A DNA stretch of 64,000 bases from NCBI GenBank assembly GCA_965112155.1, contig OZ218110.1; one strand, given 5' to 3'. Within the stretch, counting starts at the first letter, position 1, and each line of letters starts with the position of its first letter. Shown piece after piece: positions 36,626 through 49,780 of this stretch. The notes beneath the pieces are model-generated. The model worked only from the letters and a program-made list of their open reading frames with translations. It searched no databases and was not told the origin of the DNA. A program made the position numbers and the translations under genes. This DNA comes from Podarcis liolepis (Eukaryota).

Positions 36626-38572
36626 GTCCAAATGTACCAATATGGAAGTGGGGGGGAGGAGATTTCTGGCCATTCTATTTTCCATATATGCAGGAAGTGT
36701 TGGGAGATGAATGTACACATAATCTACCCCTAAACCTCTATAAACTTGCACATATGAGAAGTGGATCTGTTTTGTGAGTTAAGACACATGCTGCCCTGAA
36801 AATGTGCCTAAACAGTTCTAAACCCAGAAATTCACAACACAGACAATAAAAGCTAACTTTTATTACACTTGGGTGCCGGGAAATGAGGTTTCAGCCCCTA
36901 TTATAAATCAATGCAATGCAATACTTTCATGCGTGCATTTCAATTCCAATATTCTAATTCATTCCTACTCCTTAATCTCAGTATGAACCACTTCTGGGGA
37001 ACCCCATGGGATCATTAGGAGGGGCCCCTCTTCTTGTCCATTGCCACCAAGGATGCAGCCAGCCCAGTGCTCCTTCTCTGTGCTATATTTTTTAGAAACT
37101 CAACATGAATGCCTTCCTTGTTTTCTTATAATGGCAATGGCACCCATGTGAGAGGTGCCAGAACTGAGTTTTGGTGAGTTCTGTCTGAAGAAAAGTCCAG
37201 CCTCTTCTCTCACTGTGGTAAGTTGGTATCATTCTCTTTTGTGGTATGTTGATATCCTGCCAACTTACCACCAAGCCTAGGACATCAGCAACCAACCCAC
37301 GAGGCCTGCATGTCGGTCTAAGTTATTATCAGTTGCAATTACATGTACAGGCGGTGAGCATTTTGCATGCGCCCAATGGATGTGTGACTGCTGATGCACA
37401 TGCCATTTTTGGCCCCAGAAGGGGGTGGAATAGGGGTGGAACAGGTTTATGTGAGACCGCTGATTCGTGTAATGACAGCCTCCACACAAACGGAGAGTTG
37501 CTGGGCTGTACACATTTTTTATTTCACACCTAAAGAATGGAGATACTGCAACTTCTTCCTCCACCACCAACTGAGAGCAGGAGGATTTAATTATGCCAAG
37601 TGCTTCTATCAAACACACAAGTCTGAAAATCCCAGCAGCACAGAAGCATTCATCCAGGCTCTGACTACAGAGAAGCAAGCAATCTGAAGATTCAAACAAG
37701 CAACACTAAGAATGTTTTGAAGCCAGCTGGCATTGGGCGGCGGGGGGACCCCAAAAGGCTTCCCATTCTGCCCTCCTTGCTCATGCAATTCTCCAGCTTT
37801 ATCTTTTGTTTTTCTTTTTTAATTTTTATTTACGTTTGGAGGATATTGTCAAGAAGCAGATATAATTGTTGGGCTAAAAACCAGTGATATCCTGCCAACC
37901 CAAAATGATTGGAATCTTAAATAACTACATTTTGGGTGCTTGGCATATTTCTCTCCCTTTAAATTAGTTGGTAATTTATTTAGCTCTTTCCCTTTCTTTA
38001 ATGTGGTCATGGTAATTGTCTATCTCTGCTGCTAAGGGCAAATGGCTATAACAAGTTGCCCCATAAGTTATATTTCATGTATAAAAACATTTTCCCTGAC
38101 TTAAAGTGGTGTCATGAGTCTTCCTTGGTGCGGGTGTGATGGCAAAGCAATGTTACTCAGATTAACTGTCAGATTTACAGTTTTGAAGAAAGCAGGTGGG
38201 GAAAAAGATATGTGTTGAAACAGTGCAAGTAGTGGAGATTTTCAGGTAATAGACATCTGCACAGACTACCTGATCTGGGGGTGCAATCTGGGGCCTTGAA
38301 CTGGGCTGGCTGAGGGAAACAACTGCCCTGCCTTGCATCAATTTGGGCGTAGGCTAATATTTAACTGATGTTTTAAACATTCTAATTAAAGTTGGGAGCA
38401 GGCAGGGAAAGGAGAGACGCCATCTCCTTCCCACTTTCCAGCTGACAGCAGAGAAGGGTTAAATCCTGTGGGGTGGAGGCCTGAAAAGGATTCTGGGTGC
38501 TTCTTTTCAGGGATAAATAGAAATGGCTTTGCTAGATATTATGGACAATGACACAGACATTTGATTTCTTCA

Positions 38573-41500
38573 TCATTTTCTTCTTATTAGGTGATCCCTA
38601 TTGTTCAGCTCAGGCCTCAGCAAAATAATGTAACATTTTGGGGAAAAGATGCAACCCAACAAGCCACCACTGGAGGCTAAGATAGAGAAGATCTCCACAG
38701 CCACCATGTATTTCCCCTTTGTGCTCATGTAGGTAGGAACAAAGGATAACCAAACACTGCAAAAGACCAACATGCTGAAAGTGATGAACTTGGCTTCGTT
38801 GAAACTGTCAGGTAATTTCCGGGCAAGGAAAGCCACAGTGAAACTGACCACAGCTAGGAAGCCCATGTAGCCCAAGACACAGTAAAAGAAGGTCACCGTC
38901 CCCTCATTACACTCCAGTACAATTTCTTCAGCCACTGATTTCATGTCAGCATTAGGGAATGGAGGAGAGATCACCAGCCATACAGTGCAAATGAGTGCTT
39001 GGATAAGGGAGCAGGAAAGGACAATAGAGTTTGCCAGTCCTTTCCCCACCCACTTCCTCATTCTGGATCCTGGTTTTGTGGCCATGAAAGCCAGAACCAC
39101 AGTGATGGTTTTTGCCAGCACACAAGAAACAGCCACTGAGAAGATGATGCCAAAAGCAGTTTGTCGAAGGAGACACGTCACGTTGTCAGGATATCCGATG
39201 AACAGTAATGAGGAAAGGAAGCTAAGCAAGAGGGAGATGAGTAGAGCGTAGGTGAGGTCCCGGTTGTTGGCTTTCACAACGGGAGTGTCCCTGTGCTTCA
39301 CAAATATTTCCAGTACCAGTGCTGTAATGAAAGCAAAGGAAAGAGCAGAACAGGCTAAGCTGAGGCCCAGAGGTTCTTCAAAGGACAAGAAAGTTGCATG
39401 CTTAGGAATACATATAGTCTTATTTGTGTTTGGATACTTTCCATCTTCACATTCATAGCAGTCATTCATGTCTGAGAAAGAAAAACATGGTTTTTAATCC
39501 CAAAAATATGACCAGCATGCAACTACTCTTCCTCTATTTTTTTATTTCAACATTTGGACCAGTTTTTAAATTGAAGTATGATAATTTGAATACATAATAA
39601 AAGTGATTTAAAAAGCATACAAGGAGTTCCAAACAATAGAGACTGAAAATGATGGAACCATGCCCTTCTCACCTATCTGATTTAGAATACTGATTGAGGC
39701 AAAAAGCAAAAGGGAGGGCCACAAAGACCCTTCCTGATCTGCAGCCAGAAGCCAACTCAAATTAACCTGTCACTAGTTGCTCACACTTACTTCCTCCTTC
39801 ATTAAGTAGTGATTGTGTAATTCAGACTTTGCAAATTTCTACATTTGATAACCAATTCAACACCTTTCAACTGTTTTCTGGATTTAAGTATTTCATACTT
39901 CTCCAAACCTTATTCCCCAAAGTTTAAGGGCATCAAAATACCTGTTTAAATATGTTACCAGAAAACAAGTGCACATTGAAATATTATTTGTAAGGAAAAA
40001 ATATATATGTCTAAACACATTTTAAGAGAAAACGCAGGATTAAGTATGTAATAAATCAAATGAATTATGGGCAAAAATATGTGAAAGTAACAGGAATTCA
40101 GCCAACTGTATCCAAAGTGTCAAAACAGATTTCAAGGACTGCTGTAGAAGATGATTTCAGAAATAAGGACAAATACTATGCCAAGATGATGGTGAAATGC
40201 AATCCTGGCATAAATTAAGACAGCATAAAGTGCACTAGATGCTAAATCCATTCAGGAGGAGGGCTGCCACTGCTTGAGCTGGCTAAAGAGTGTCAGAGAG
40301 TAAACAAGCTTTTTAAATAGGGTTACACCACCCTTAAGGGACGCGGGTGGCGCTGTGGGTTAAACCACAGAGCCTAGGACTTGCCGATCAGAAGATCAGC
40401 AGTTCAAATCCCCGTGACGGGGTGAGCTCCCGTTGCTCGGTCCATGCTCCTGCCAACCTAGCAGTTCGAATGCACATCAAAGTGCAAGTAGATAAATACC
40501 ATATTTTTCGCTCTATAACACGCACCTGACCATAACACGCACGTAGTTTTTAGAGGAAGAAAATCTGTAGGCATGCCACCCGTAGGCATTTCCTCCATAA
40601 CACGCACAGACATTTCTCCTTACTTTCTAGGAGGAAAAAAGTGAATGTTATGGTGCAAAAAATATGGTAGGTATCGCTCCGGCGGGAAGGTAAACGGCAT
40701 TTCCGTGTGCTGCTCTGGTTCGCCAGAAGCGGCTTAGTCATGCTGGCCACATGACCCGGAAGCTGTATGCCAGCTCCCTCGGCCAATAAAGCGAGATGAG
40801 CGCCGCAACCCCAGAGTCGGTCACGACTGGACCTAATGGTCAGGGGTCCCTTTACCTTTTCCTTTCTACACCACCCTTTTATTTAGCTTAATTTAGGCTG
40901 GATTTCCAGATCATGTGACCAAGCTGAATAGCCTTCATGCATTGTACCCCACCCTGGTCTCAACCCTGATATGATGGCATATTTCCAGCTGTTACAAAAA
41001 CTTCCTGGCTCATCTGAAAATCCACTTTATACTAATCCTATTCAACCTGGTGGATCTTGCTATAGGATTCTTCCTTAATAACAGCATTCAGCATCTACAA
41101 TCACAAATTATTACACAATCACATACACTTTCACTAGGTCCTTCTTCAGCTAGATTTCTCAATATTTTTATAAGCTGTAAAAAGGAACCTTGGTGAATAT
41201 ATGATTTCATATGCATGTTCTTGATTAGAGGCAACAAACTATAAATATATACAGTAAATTTCTTACCCTCCTGGTCCGAAATCTTCCCTTCTGGACATGG
41301 GATGCAATCATAGCAGCAAAATGCTTCCCCTTCCTTCACTTTCCTGCAAAAACCAGGGCGGCAGCTCTCAGTACATACAGAATTAGGCTGTGTCTAAAAC
41401 ACAAATGAAAGAGAGATTTATAAAATAAGTGGACTCAAAGAAAAGCTAACAAGGGAAGTTGAGCTCTTACCTCTTTTATTCAAATATTTATACCTGCAGG

Positions 41501-44500
41501 CCATAGTTTTATCTAGGAATATAGCAACCAGAGGTTATGGGGATTAGGCTTTTCTTATGTGGCTTATGTAAAAGTCGATGTCACATCATTTTCTTCCTTG
41601 TTAAAGCATAGTCATAAATTTGGGATACAGGCACAGATGTGTGGCAGCCCAGATATTTCAAATACTATCTAGGTTGGCCCTTTGGGTGTAATTTGTATTT
41701 ATATTGTTATATGCCACACCAGTCTCCAAGAAGTGAGAAAATATGGGGTGGTTTTCCCAGGAATTTGATTTTCTTTTAAGGAAGGCCAGTGGAGAACAAA
41801 GTCTTTAGTATACATGGCTTTTATTAAACAGTTAAACATATAGCTTTATTGTTCTGCAAGCTTCCCTTTATGTGCTCTCCTCTCACTGATGCAAGATCCT
41901 AGGATGGGATAGGGAACCAGGGTTTCATCGACTGATCCTCCAAACTCATAACAATATATTCAATATTGTCAAAATCTATTTAGAATTCACTTCTTCAAGT
42001 TGTCAATTTATATATTTACTTTCAGTGAAACAAGAACCAGTATACAGGCTGTGCATTCAGCTTATAACATTAATTCTTAGCTTATGCTACCTTTAATCCA
42101 TTTTTTAAAAGGCTGAACACTGCGCAACGAAAATATGTTTGCATGTTATGTTCACAAATGGCTGATGTTCGCATCCTACCTGGTTAAACCAATGGTGCCA
42201 TTTTATGGCTCCCTCATTGATGGTCAAGGCTTGCTGTGGAGGAGCCAGGGAATCCACCCCTCCTACCTTTACTCTGTGAAAGGATTGGTTTGAGAAAACA
42301 ATCCAATTGGTAATATCAAATCCAGCTAGCATCTCCCCATTCTGGTCCAAGGAAATCTTATCCCCAGCGCTGTTGTTAAATGAGATACCCCTCAGAAAAT
42401 GATGGAGCTTGATAGAAAGAGAAAGTATAGATAAGGCTTCACTTCAGCAAAGGACAATCATGATATTTAATATCATGGCAGGTTTCCCAATATCCACCTT
42501 GGAGGAAAGCAGTTTTCTTTTCATATATATATATATATATATATATGATGTAAACAAAGCTTTATTCACATTCTGAAGTTCATTTCAAATTAAAGACTTT
42601 GAAGTTCTCCAGAAGCAAATGCACACAATGCAATAAGAAACTGTGGGAGATCTGTTCATTTTGTTGTCTAAAATATGTAACCTTGCTCTCTATATGCTAT
42701 GCTATGTGATATATTATTCCATTTATATGCCAGTTTCAGAGGTAAATGGGGAATCAGCCCCATGCTCATCTAAGAGGTTGGTATGAATAGTTGAAGCAAC
42801 AGGTTGAAGAAGGAATAGTGATAAAGGCAAAATCTAGAAGTTTGCTATATCATGCTTGGATAGAATTCATTTTCTTTTTGTTCTCTTTCAGTATTTCTAC
42901 TTTAAGTTCAAACAGTTAAAAAGAAGAAATCTAAAACATTTAAATAACAGTAAAAGGAAAGGAGATTAAAGTACATCAATACCCATTTGTCTAGGTATGC
43001 ATGCCGGAAAAAGCACCCGTTTTAAGCAGGTGCCTAAATGAATACAGTGAAGGTGTCTGTCTGATGTCAATAGGCAGGGAAGTCCAGTAGGCTGAATTTG
43101 AACGTAGAAAAGCATGTGGAGAAGTTCCCATTTAGCTTTATATGCATTTCAAGATAGATAAAGCAACCATCTCATGGCCAAAGGGCAGTGAATAGAGGAA
43201 GTGGTTTGGAGGTACCTGGGGAAGATTTCAAGAGCATTGCTGCACCCACATTGTTGATCCCTGCTGTGGTTGCATAGGAAAGGTATAAAACCGGACTTCC
43301 AGGTTAGCGCCATCGGCAAATGGCGGAGTTCCTCCAACTGGAGGAACTGGCTCCGTGGAAACTGGGTCTTCCCGCTGCGGCGAAGGTGGGGACCCGCTAG
43401 AAATCCCAGGCGGAGGAAGCCTAGGAATGTGGGGTTCGGCAGGGCACCCATTTTGGAGCTCCAGAGTGAAGTGGTGTGAGCGGTGCGGTGCTGCGAACCG
43501 ATTGCTACTTTCACGGAGTGAAGCCGCACAGCCATTGCCGGAGAGCGCTGACTTTTTCCTGTGGACAATTGGATTTAAAACAAGTACCCGTGAGTAGAAA
43601 CGGAAAATTGGATCAAGAAATATCTTAATTTGGCACCGAAGCAGGAAGGTTCAAAACAGGAAGTCCGCCTTCCGCTTTTTGTACATAGACTGAAGCAAAA
43701 ACCTTGTAAGCTAAAGTCTGGAAAGTCGTTTAAAAAGTTTAAATTTCCTTCATTTATAATTACAGAAACCCCCTTGGAAGCAGGAGAAAGGGGGGGGGGG
43801 CTTTGTTTAACGCCTGCAGGAGAGGGAGTGAAGAAAGATAAGTTTCCACCGTCTCTAACCTGGGAACGGGGTGTCAGAGACAGAAATTCTTGGAGAGGTT
43901 CATTGACTGTGAATGGGATATTTTGACAGATAGCTAAAGAAGAGAAATAAATTGATTTCAATGTTGCCTTCTGCATTCTAAAGAAACAAAATACCTGAAA
44001 AATGAAAGTAATTTTCCTTTGTTGGACTTGCCTTAAAAAAAATGGATACAAATAGAAATTGTCTCCTCTAGAGGGAGCTTGCTAAATTGTTGCTGCGTCT
44101 ACTTGAGGACTCTACAGCTGTCAGATTAAGATCATGGGACCAGTCCTTTTTGACCTTGACTAAATATGAGCTGGGAGGAAGTTTTGGTGCTTGCTTTATG
44201 CAAGACAAGTGCCTTACTGGAACAGATGCATGAGAAGATGGATTTGATGAATGAGAAAATGGATTTGATGACTGTTGTGGTTAATAACTGTGGACAAACA
44301 AACATATTGATACAGAAACTATTCAGGGACCAACTCAGGAACCTGTACTGATTGGGCAAGTGCAGAAGATAATGGAGGAGGTTGCGGTTGCACCTCAAAT
44401 AATACAAATGGAGAGACCCGAGGCCCTACAGGAGTATAAGCCACTGTCTTTGAAGATTGAAGTTGGAGTCGGCCAGGGGGAGTCTGGAGCTGAGGAGATT

Positions 44501-46737
44501 CTTAACTTTGGAGAGACCTCGAAATATGTTTTTAAATATTTTTTGGACTACATTGATGATTGTGGGGAGTGGGACTCTGGGGAATGGGCTGGTTGGATGA
44601 AGGGAGATGAAGATAATTTTGGGTTGGAATCCCCAGAGACCTACTCCCCAACTAGAAAGGAAAGAAACTAAGAAAGAGACCAACAAAAGACAAGGAAAAG
44701 TGCATGTATAAACAAGAAGAAGAAGATCTGCAGAAGGGACATGGAAGAGACTTAAGGGCCTCGGACATTAGATTACCAGGTTGATGGACTAGATGGAATG
44801 GACAGTAAGGACTGACACGACCCGAGACCAGGAAGAAGAGACGTTGGATGAAGATTGGAAGAAAATTTATAAAGAATTTTTTTTCCCCCTAGGGAATTAG
44901 CCTAAAATTAATGAACATTAGGGAAAATGTTGGAATGAAACTATATGACTCTAGTAGAAAAGCTATCAGGAGTTATGTATAATCGAGTATTAAGCGTTAA
45001 GCTCTAAAGTATTTATTGGTAAGATAAGGTTAAATAACTTAAGGTAATTTGAATAACAGAATATGGGGAAAGGGTGGAAAGGATTTGTTGAGTTAATTAA
45101 TAGGTTAAATTGTCAAGATAAATTATTTTGTAAAAATTGAGAAAGATGGAAAGAATTTGCTGAAATAATCAATCAAACTAGAATACAAAAAGGGAGGTGT
45201 GAGGAGGTCAATGAAACAAGCAAATGGAAGTTAAAGATATGTAATATGGGATTTGTGTCTTTTTTCCCTTCTTTTTATATCTTTTTGCTGTATTGTTGCA
45301 TTGGTTTTTATGTGTTGTTATTTTTCCTTGTTTCCCCCTATGTATTGTAGTGTTGTTTTTAATTTTTTTCTTTCTTTTCTGTAATTTTGAAATTATTAAT
45401 AAATATTTTTTTTAAAAAAAGGAAAGGTATAAAACCAAAGTCAGCTAATGCATAAAATCAAAGGCTTTTAAAACTCTTTCATCAAGGGTATTCAACCCAT
45501 TACCTGACACAGATTTTGATTCTGAAACTTCATTCCTCCACTGATCATTACTGGTCTGTGTTTGCCTCGGGATGAAGACATGGCATGTAAAGCATGGGCC
45601 ACAACATAGACAGCATTGTAAATATTGTAGCTGTGGGTGGTCATGCTCATTTCAAAGAAAGGACCAGGAAGATTCTCCAGCTTTTCTTGTCCAGTGCAAA
45701 CATCCCCCTTCACACTGCCAACAACTTGATTTGCAAATACACAGCCAAATGCCTGTTGCCAGAAGTCCAAAATGAAGCCATCTCCTTTTGGGCTGGAAGG
45801 GGTTTTGCTCTGGACAAATGGATGAAATCCTGGTGGATCATTTGAGTGAGTTGTGAATGAGAGAACCCCATGCAGTATTTCTGTATCCCAAGTCCGTTGA
45901 TAAACAAAAGAAGTGAGCTCCACCTGGGCTGTCATAATCCACACTTTACCTTTTGGGGTATTTGAACTTTGTTCCAGTTCTGATAGGTAAGGCAACCATC
46001 TAAAAAATGCCAGACCATAAGATTCTCCATAAACCAAAACTACATTGGCTTTGCTATCATTTATTTTGTCATGTATTTTTGCCCCCAGTTTAAACATATC
46101 ATTAATTTCAGTGATATAAGTAGGTTTGTGACTTCTTTCTATGAAGGCGAAACAGATGCCACTCTGGGAAAAAAGTGGAACCACAGTTTGCACAAATCTT
46201 TCTGCATTTTCATCATAGAAAGTCAGGATCCCAATCCATATCCACCGGAAATGCAGAAGCAAAGACAGGATCCCCTTATACTGGTGGGCTTCCTTGGGCA
46301 CCATCTGGTAGAAGACAAGGCCTGGGGTTTTATAATTCATCACTGGAGCAGGGCCATATATCAGCTAAACATAGTTGTGGTAGGAGGAGAATGAGACAGA
46401 AGCAACCATAACTTTTAAATATTAGTTGTAGATTGATTATTTTAAATATTAGATTTGTGTATTACAAGCATCATTGGGGCAATTTCCATTTGGGCCTTCC
46501 AGTCCTTGCCATTTGGACTGCCCATGCTATTTTTGTTTAACCAAGCAACACTCACCTGCCAGTCAGCTGTTATCATATATCAGGCATTGGCTAGGCCTGA
46601 AGGAAAATATCAAGCAATAACTTATGTGCTAAAAATACTTTATTTCTTAGCTTGGATCTACCAATAGAAGGGCCCATCTGATTATTTGAAATGTGCACAT
46701 TTATTAATCAAAATCTACCTGGATGTTCCCATAATTT

Positions 46738-46780
<43 letters not shown>

Positions 46781-47747
46781 CTCACCTGTGGAACCTTATA
46801 GATATCCAAGATTGTTGCCACGTGAAGAGAAGTTTGGGAGTCCAGTCCCCCAATGATGGCTATCAGGTTTTTCTTGATGTCACAGATGTAGTTGGGGACA
46901 AATGTTTCCAGTGTGGATATGAGCAACATTGTGGCATGAGAGGTCCATTTGGCATTGAAATAGCTGTCATAGATGCGGAAACCTAAAGTGACATTGGGTA
47001 AGAGCTGAGGGTTTTCGTTGATCTCCTTCACTGCAAATTCTAAAGCAAGGATGTGCTGGTAATTCTTAGGCACCACACTGAAAAGAGAGTTTTACAACTC
47101 AGTTCCACCTCATCCTCATTAGTATTATTTATTACTGGAATTACTTAACTTTTTTTTTTTTACAGGGGAGGAAACTCTTGAGCAGATATCACTACAAGAA
47201 ATCCTCCTATTTGCTCATAAGGGATGTAGGGAAAAATTCTATGGGAGGGGAGTGCAGACTTTAAAATGTCCCTGATATACCGGCACATTTTACATTTCTC
47301 CCACATCACATCTCTTTTGACCCAAGCAATAGTTCTGCCTCTAGGACACGGGTGGAGAGATGTTGCTCTACTACAATGTCTATTATTATTGCTGGACATT
47401 GCTGGCTGGAACTGATGGAGTCCAACAACCAGTGCAGGACCACAGTTTAGTCACCCTTCTTCTAAATCTCATCACTCCTGTGTCGAAATAAGCAATCAAA
47501 ATGCAGAAACGAAATTATCCAGTTCTTACTTTAGCTCTTCCAGCAATGTTGGTGGGGGTTTTTCGGTGAAGGCTATTGAAATGGAGACGATGATGCTGTG
47601 AGAGGCTATGCCACCAATGATGAGGTCTCCTTCCTGATGATACCGATGAAGTGGATTGTATGGATCATGGACATGGCATTTAACAATGGCAGGTTTGCAT
47701 ATTGCATGAGGAAGTAGAATCAGCAGCAAGACCATTAATGCCACCAT
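38573..47747 (-). CDS. Vomeronasal type-2 receptor (V2R), gene D, 6 coding exons, ~874 aa, apparently intact
   Basis: Exons: 47530-47747, 46786-47077, 45504-46364, 42180-42407 (AAG acceptor), 41267-41393, 38573-39471. Total 2625 nt. Intron 3 is enlarged by a 2.1 kb retroposon. Confidence 0.94.
40336..40866 (+). mobile_element. Sauria-type SINE with a nested MITE, in intron 5 of gene D
   Basis: A/B-box head and CCCTTTACCTTT tail. 12-bp TSD TACACCACCCTT at 40324-40335 and 40867-40878. Confidence 0.9.
40499..40667. mobile_element. Tc2/pogo-like MITE (169 bp) nested in a SINE
   Basis: 22-bp imperfect TIR CCATATTTTTCGCTCTATAACA / TGTTATGGTGCAAAAAATATGG with a TA TSD. It splits the SINE motif AGATAAATA|GGTA. 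Confidence 0.85.
42523..42546. repeat. (TA)n microsatellite
   Basis: Direct reading. Confidence 0.92.
43293..45419 (+). mobile_element. Non-autonomous L1-like retroposon (2.1 kb, no ORF2; HAL1-like), antisense in intron 3 of gene D
   Basis: 17-bp TSD AGGAAAGGTATAAAACC at 43276-43292 and 45420-45436. CpG-rich 5' head (GGACTTCC...AAATGGCGG). Decayed coiled-coil-like ORF at 44166-44671. AATAAA at 45398 followed by an A tail. Confidence 0.78.
46739..46777. repeat. (CA)n microsatellite beside the gene D exon 2 donor
   Basis: Direct reading. Confidence 0.95.
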
Positions 47748-48772
47748 CCTTGGTACAATTCCCCTCTATAAACTAAGATCCCCCTAGTACTGTTACAGCT
47801 TATGAGACTGAAGTAGTCTGACCTAGTTGGCCTTTTAGTCTGCTCATATATCTGAAATCCAGAATGTGAAAACTGGGGTGGGGTGGGGGAGGGATAGTGA
47901 TGACACTGATGGATCTTTGCTGGTTTCTGATTCCCACCTCTAGCTGTGATTTCTGGAGGTAATATATTTTCATTAGCCTCCTCCAACATTTTATCCCTCA
48001 GATGTTTTCGGCTACGATTCACCGCATTCTAAGCTGGCTGCAGGTGCTGGGGTTGTAATCCCAAACAGTCCAAGGGCACCAGTTTTTAAAGGCTCAATTA
48101 TAGTACCTTTCACAGACTTTCTCATAAGCTTTGATAGTGTACTGTGCAATACCATGAGGTGCTTTGACAAGTGGGAACTTTAATTACAGTTCTTTTGATA
48201 ATTAATGGGAAGATAGTCACTTGTGTGTCTTTCTTAACAGAAGTTTTTATTTCCTCTTAGCTGCATGGAAAGAAGAAACCTAGGGAGAGGAGGAGCTTTC
48301 AGTTACTTACATTGCATTCAAAGTTTACATGAATGAACAACAATTGCATTAGTTGGTCTCCATGTCTTGCCAACAGATGGCACCAGCTTTTATGCAGGAG
48401 AAACTAAAATCAGACATGGGTAATGTCTCTGCCAGCACGAAAAGACATTTCTAGTTCATTGGCAGTGCTCAATATTACCTCTTTTTATTCTGGTGTCTCT
48501 TTTTTCTGAACTCATTTTGTCACTATTTTCTTTGCCAAAATGTAAACGTTGTGCCAGAAATAGGTTATTATATTTCCCCTTCCCTTTCTTTGTGCTTACA
48601 AATGGGAATATAATTTAAGGACAGATATATTTATTCTTGTACTCCACCCCAATCTCTAAGTGGTGTTAGATTCCCAGGTCTTCAGGCGCTCAGCCAGGCT
48701 TTGTGTTTCATTTTGGAATTAGGCACAGCAGAGACTGTCGCGCTTTTAGTATATATGGTTTATTTACACATA

Positions 48773-49010
48773 CAGTGGTACCTCGGGTTACAGATGCTCC
48801 AGGTTACAGACGCTTCAGAGTACAGACTCCGCTAACCCATAAACAGTACCTTGGGTTAAGAACTTTGCTTCAGGATGAGAACAGAAACCATGTGCCGGCG
48901 CAGCGGCAGCGGGAGGCCCCATTAGCTAAAGTGGTGCTTCAGGTTAAGAACACTTTCAGGTTAAGAACGGACCTCCAGAACGAATTAAGTTTTAACCCAA
49001 GGTACCACTG
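48773..49010. mobile_element. Tigger/pogo-like MITE (opposite orientation to the 5980 copy)
   Basis: CAGTGGTACCTCGGGTTA ... TAACCCAAGGTACCACTG with a TA TSD. Confidence 0.88.
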
Positions 49011-49780
49011 TATATACAATCTGAGCCTACGATGGAAGGATTCACAGCATTAGCACCCCTTAAATGTCAAGTTTTTCTCATACTTGGAGCCTTTCCATTC
49101 AAACAGACATAAAACATTGCTCTTGGACTCTTTCTCCAGTTTGTTGCTTTATTTCTAGGTCACATCAGTTCAAACTCTCAACTATAAACCCAGGCTTTGG
49201 CCTTCCAACCATTTTGTGTCTCATATAAAGCCCCCTTTCCTTTATTCTTCTAATGGCCCATCACCCAGGCAATCACGTCAACACAGGAAGGTAGCCTGGC
49301 TTTTTTTGGGGGGGTGTTAAATAATTTTTATTAATTTTCAGTTACAAAAATCCAGTATATGCCACATTATATCAATACGAAGTTACTCTGCACATTTCAC
49401 ATTAACATTAAAAAAACCAAAAAGAAAATGTTTTTACCCCCTCCCCCTAAATCCCCAGACTTCCCTCCACCCCCTCTTCTGTTTCTTTAAATAAACGAAA
49501 TCATCTTACATTCCAGATCCCTTTACCCAATTTCTACTAAACAATTAAACTTATGATATACTGCACAGATATTTTAAACATTCAAACCACTTTATATATT
49601 ACACATCTATGCTTACAGACTATTTCCCCTTTTAAAATTATACTTATTGTTCCTTTTTGCAAGTGTTTAATCCATGTCTGCTGATATCCCAATTTATTTA
49701 CAACCACTAGCACCTAATAAATAAATAAATAAAAAACCCCAGACTATTACCCATTCTTTTTTCTTACTTTGGCATATTTA

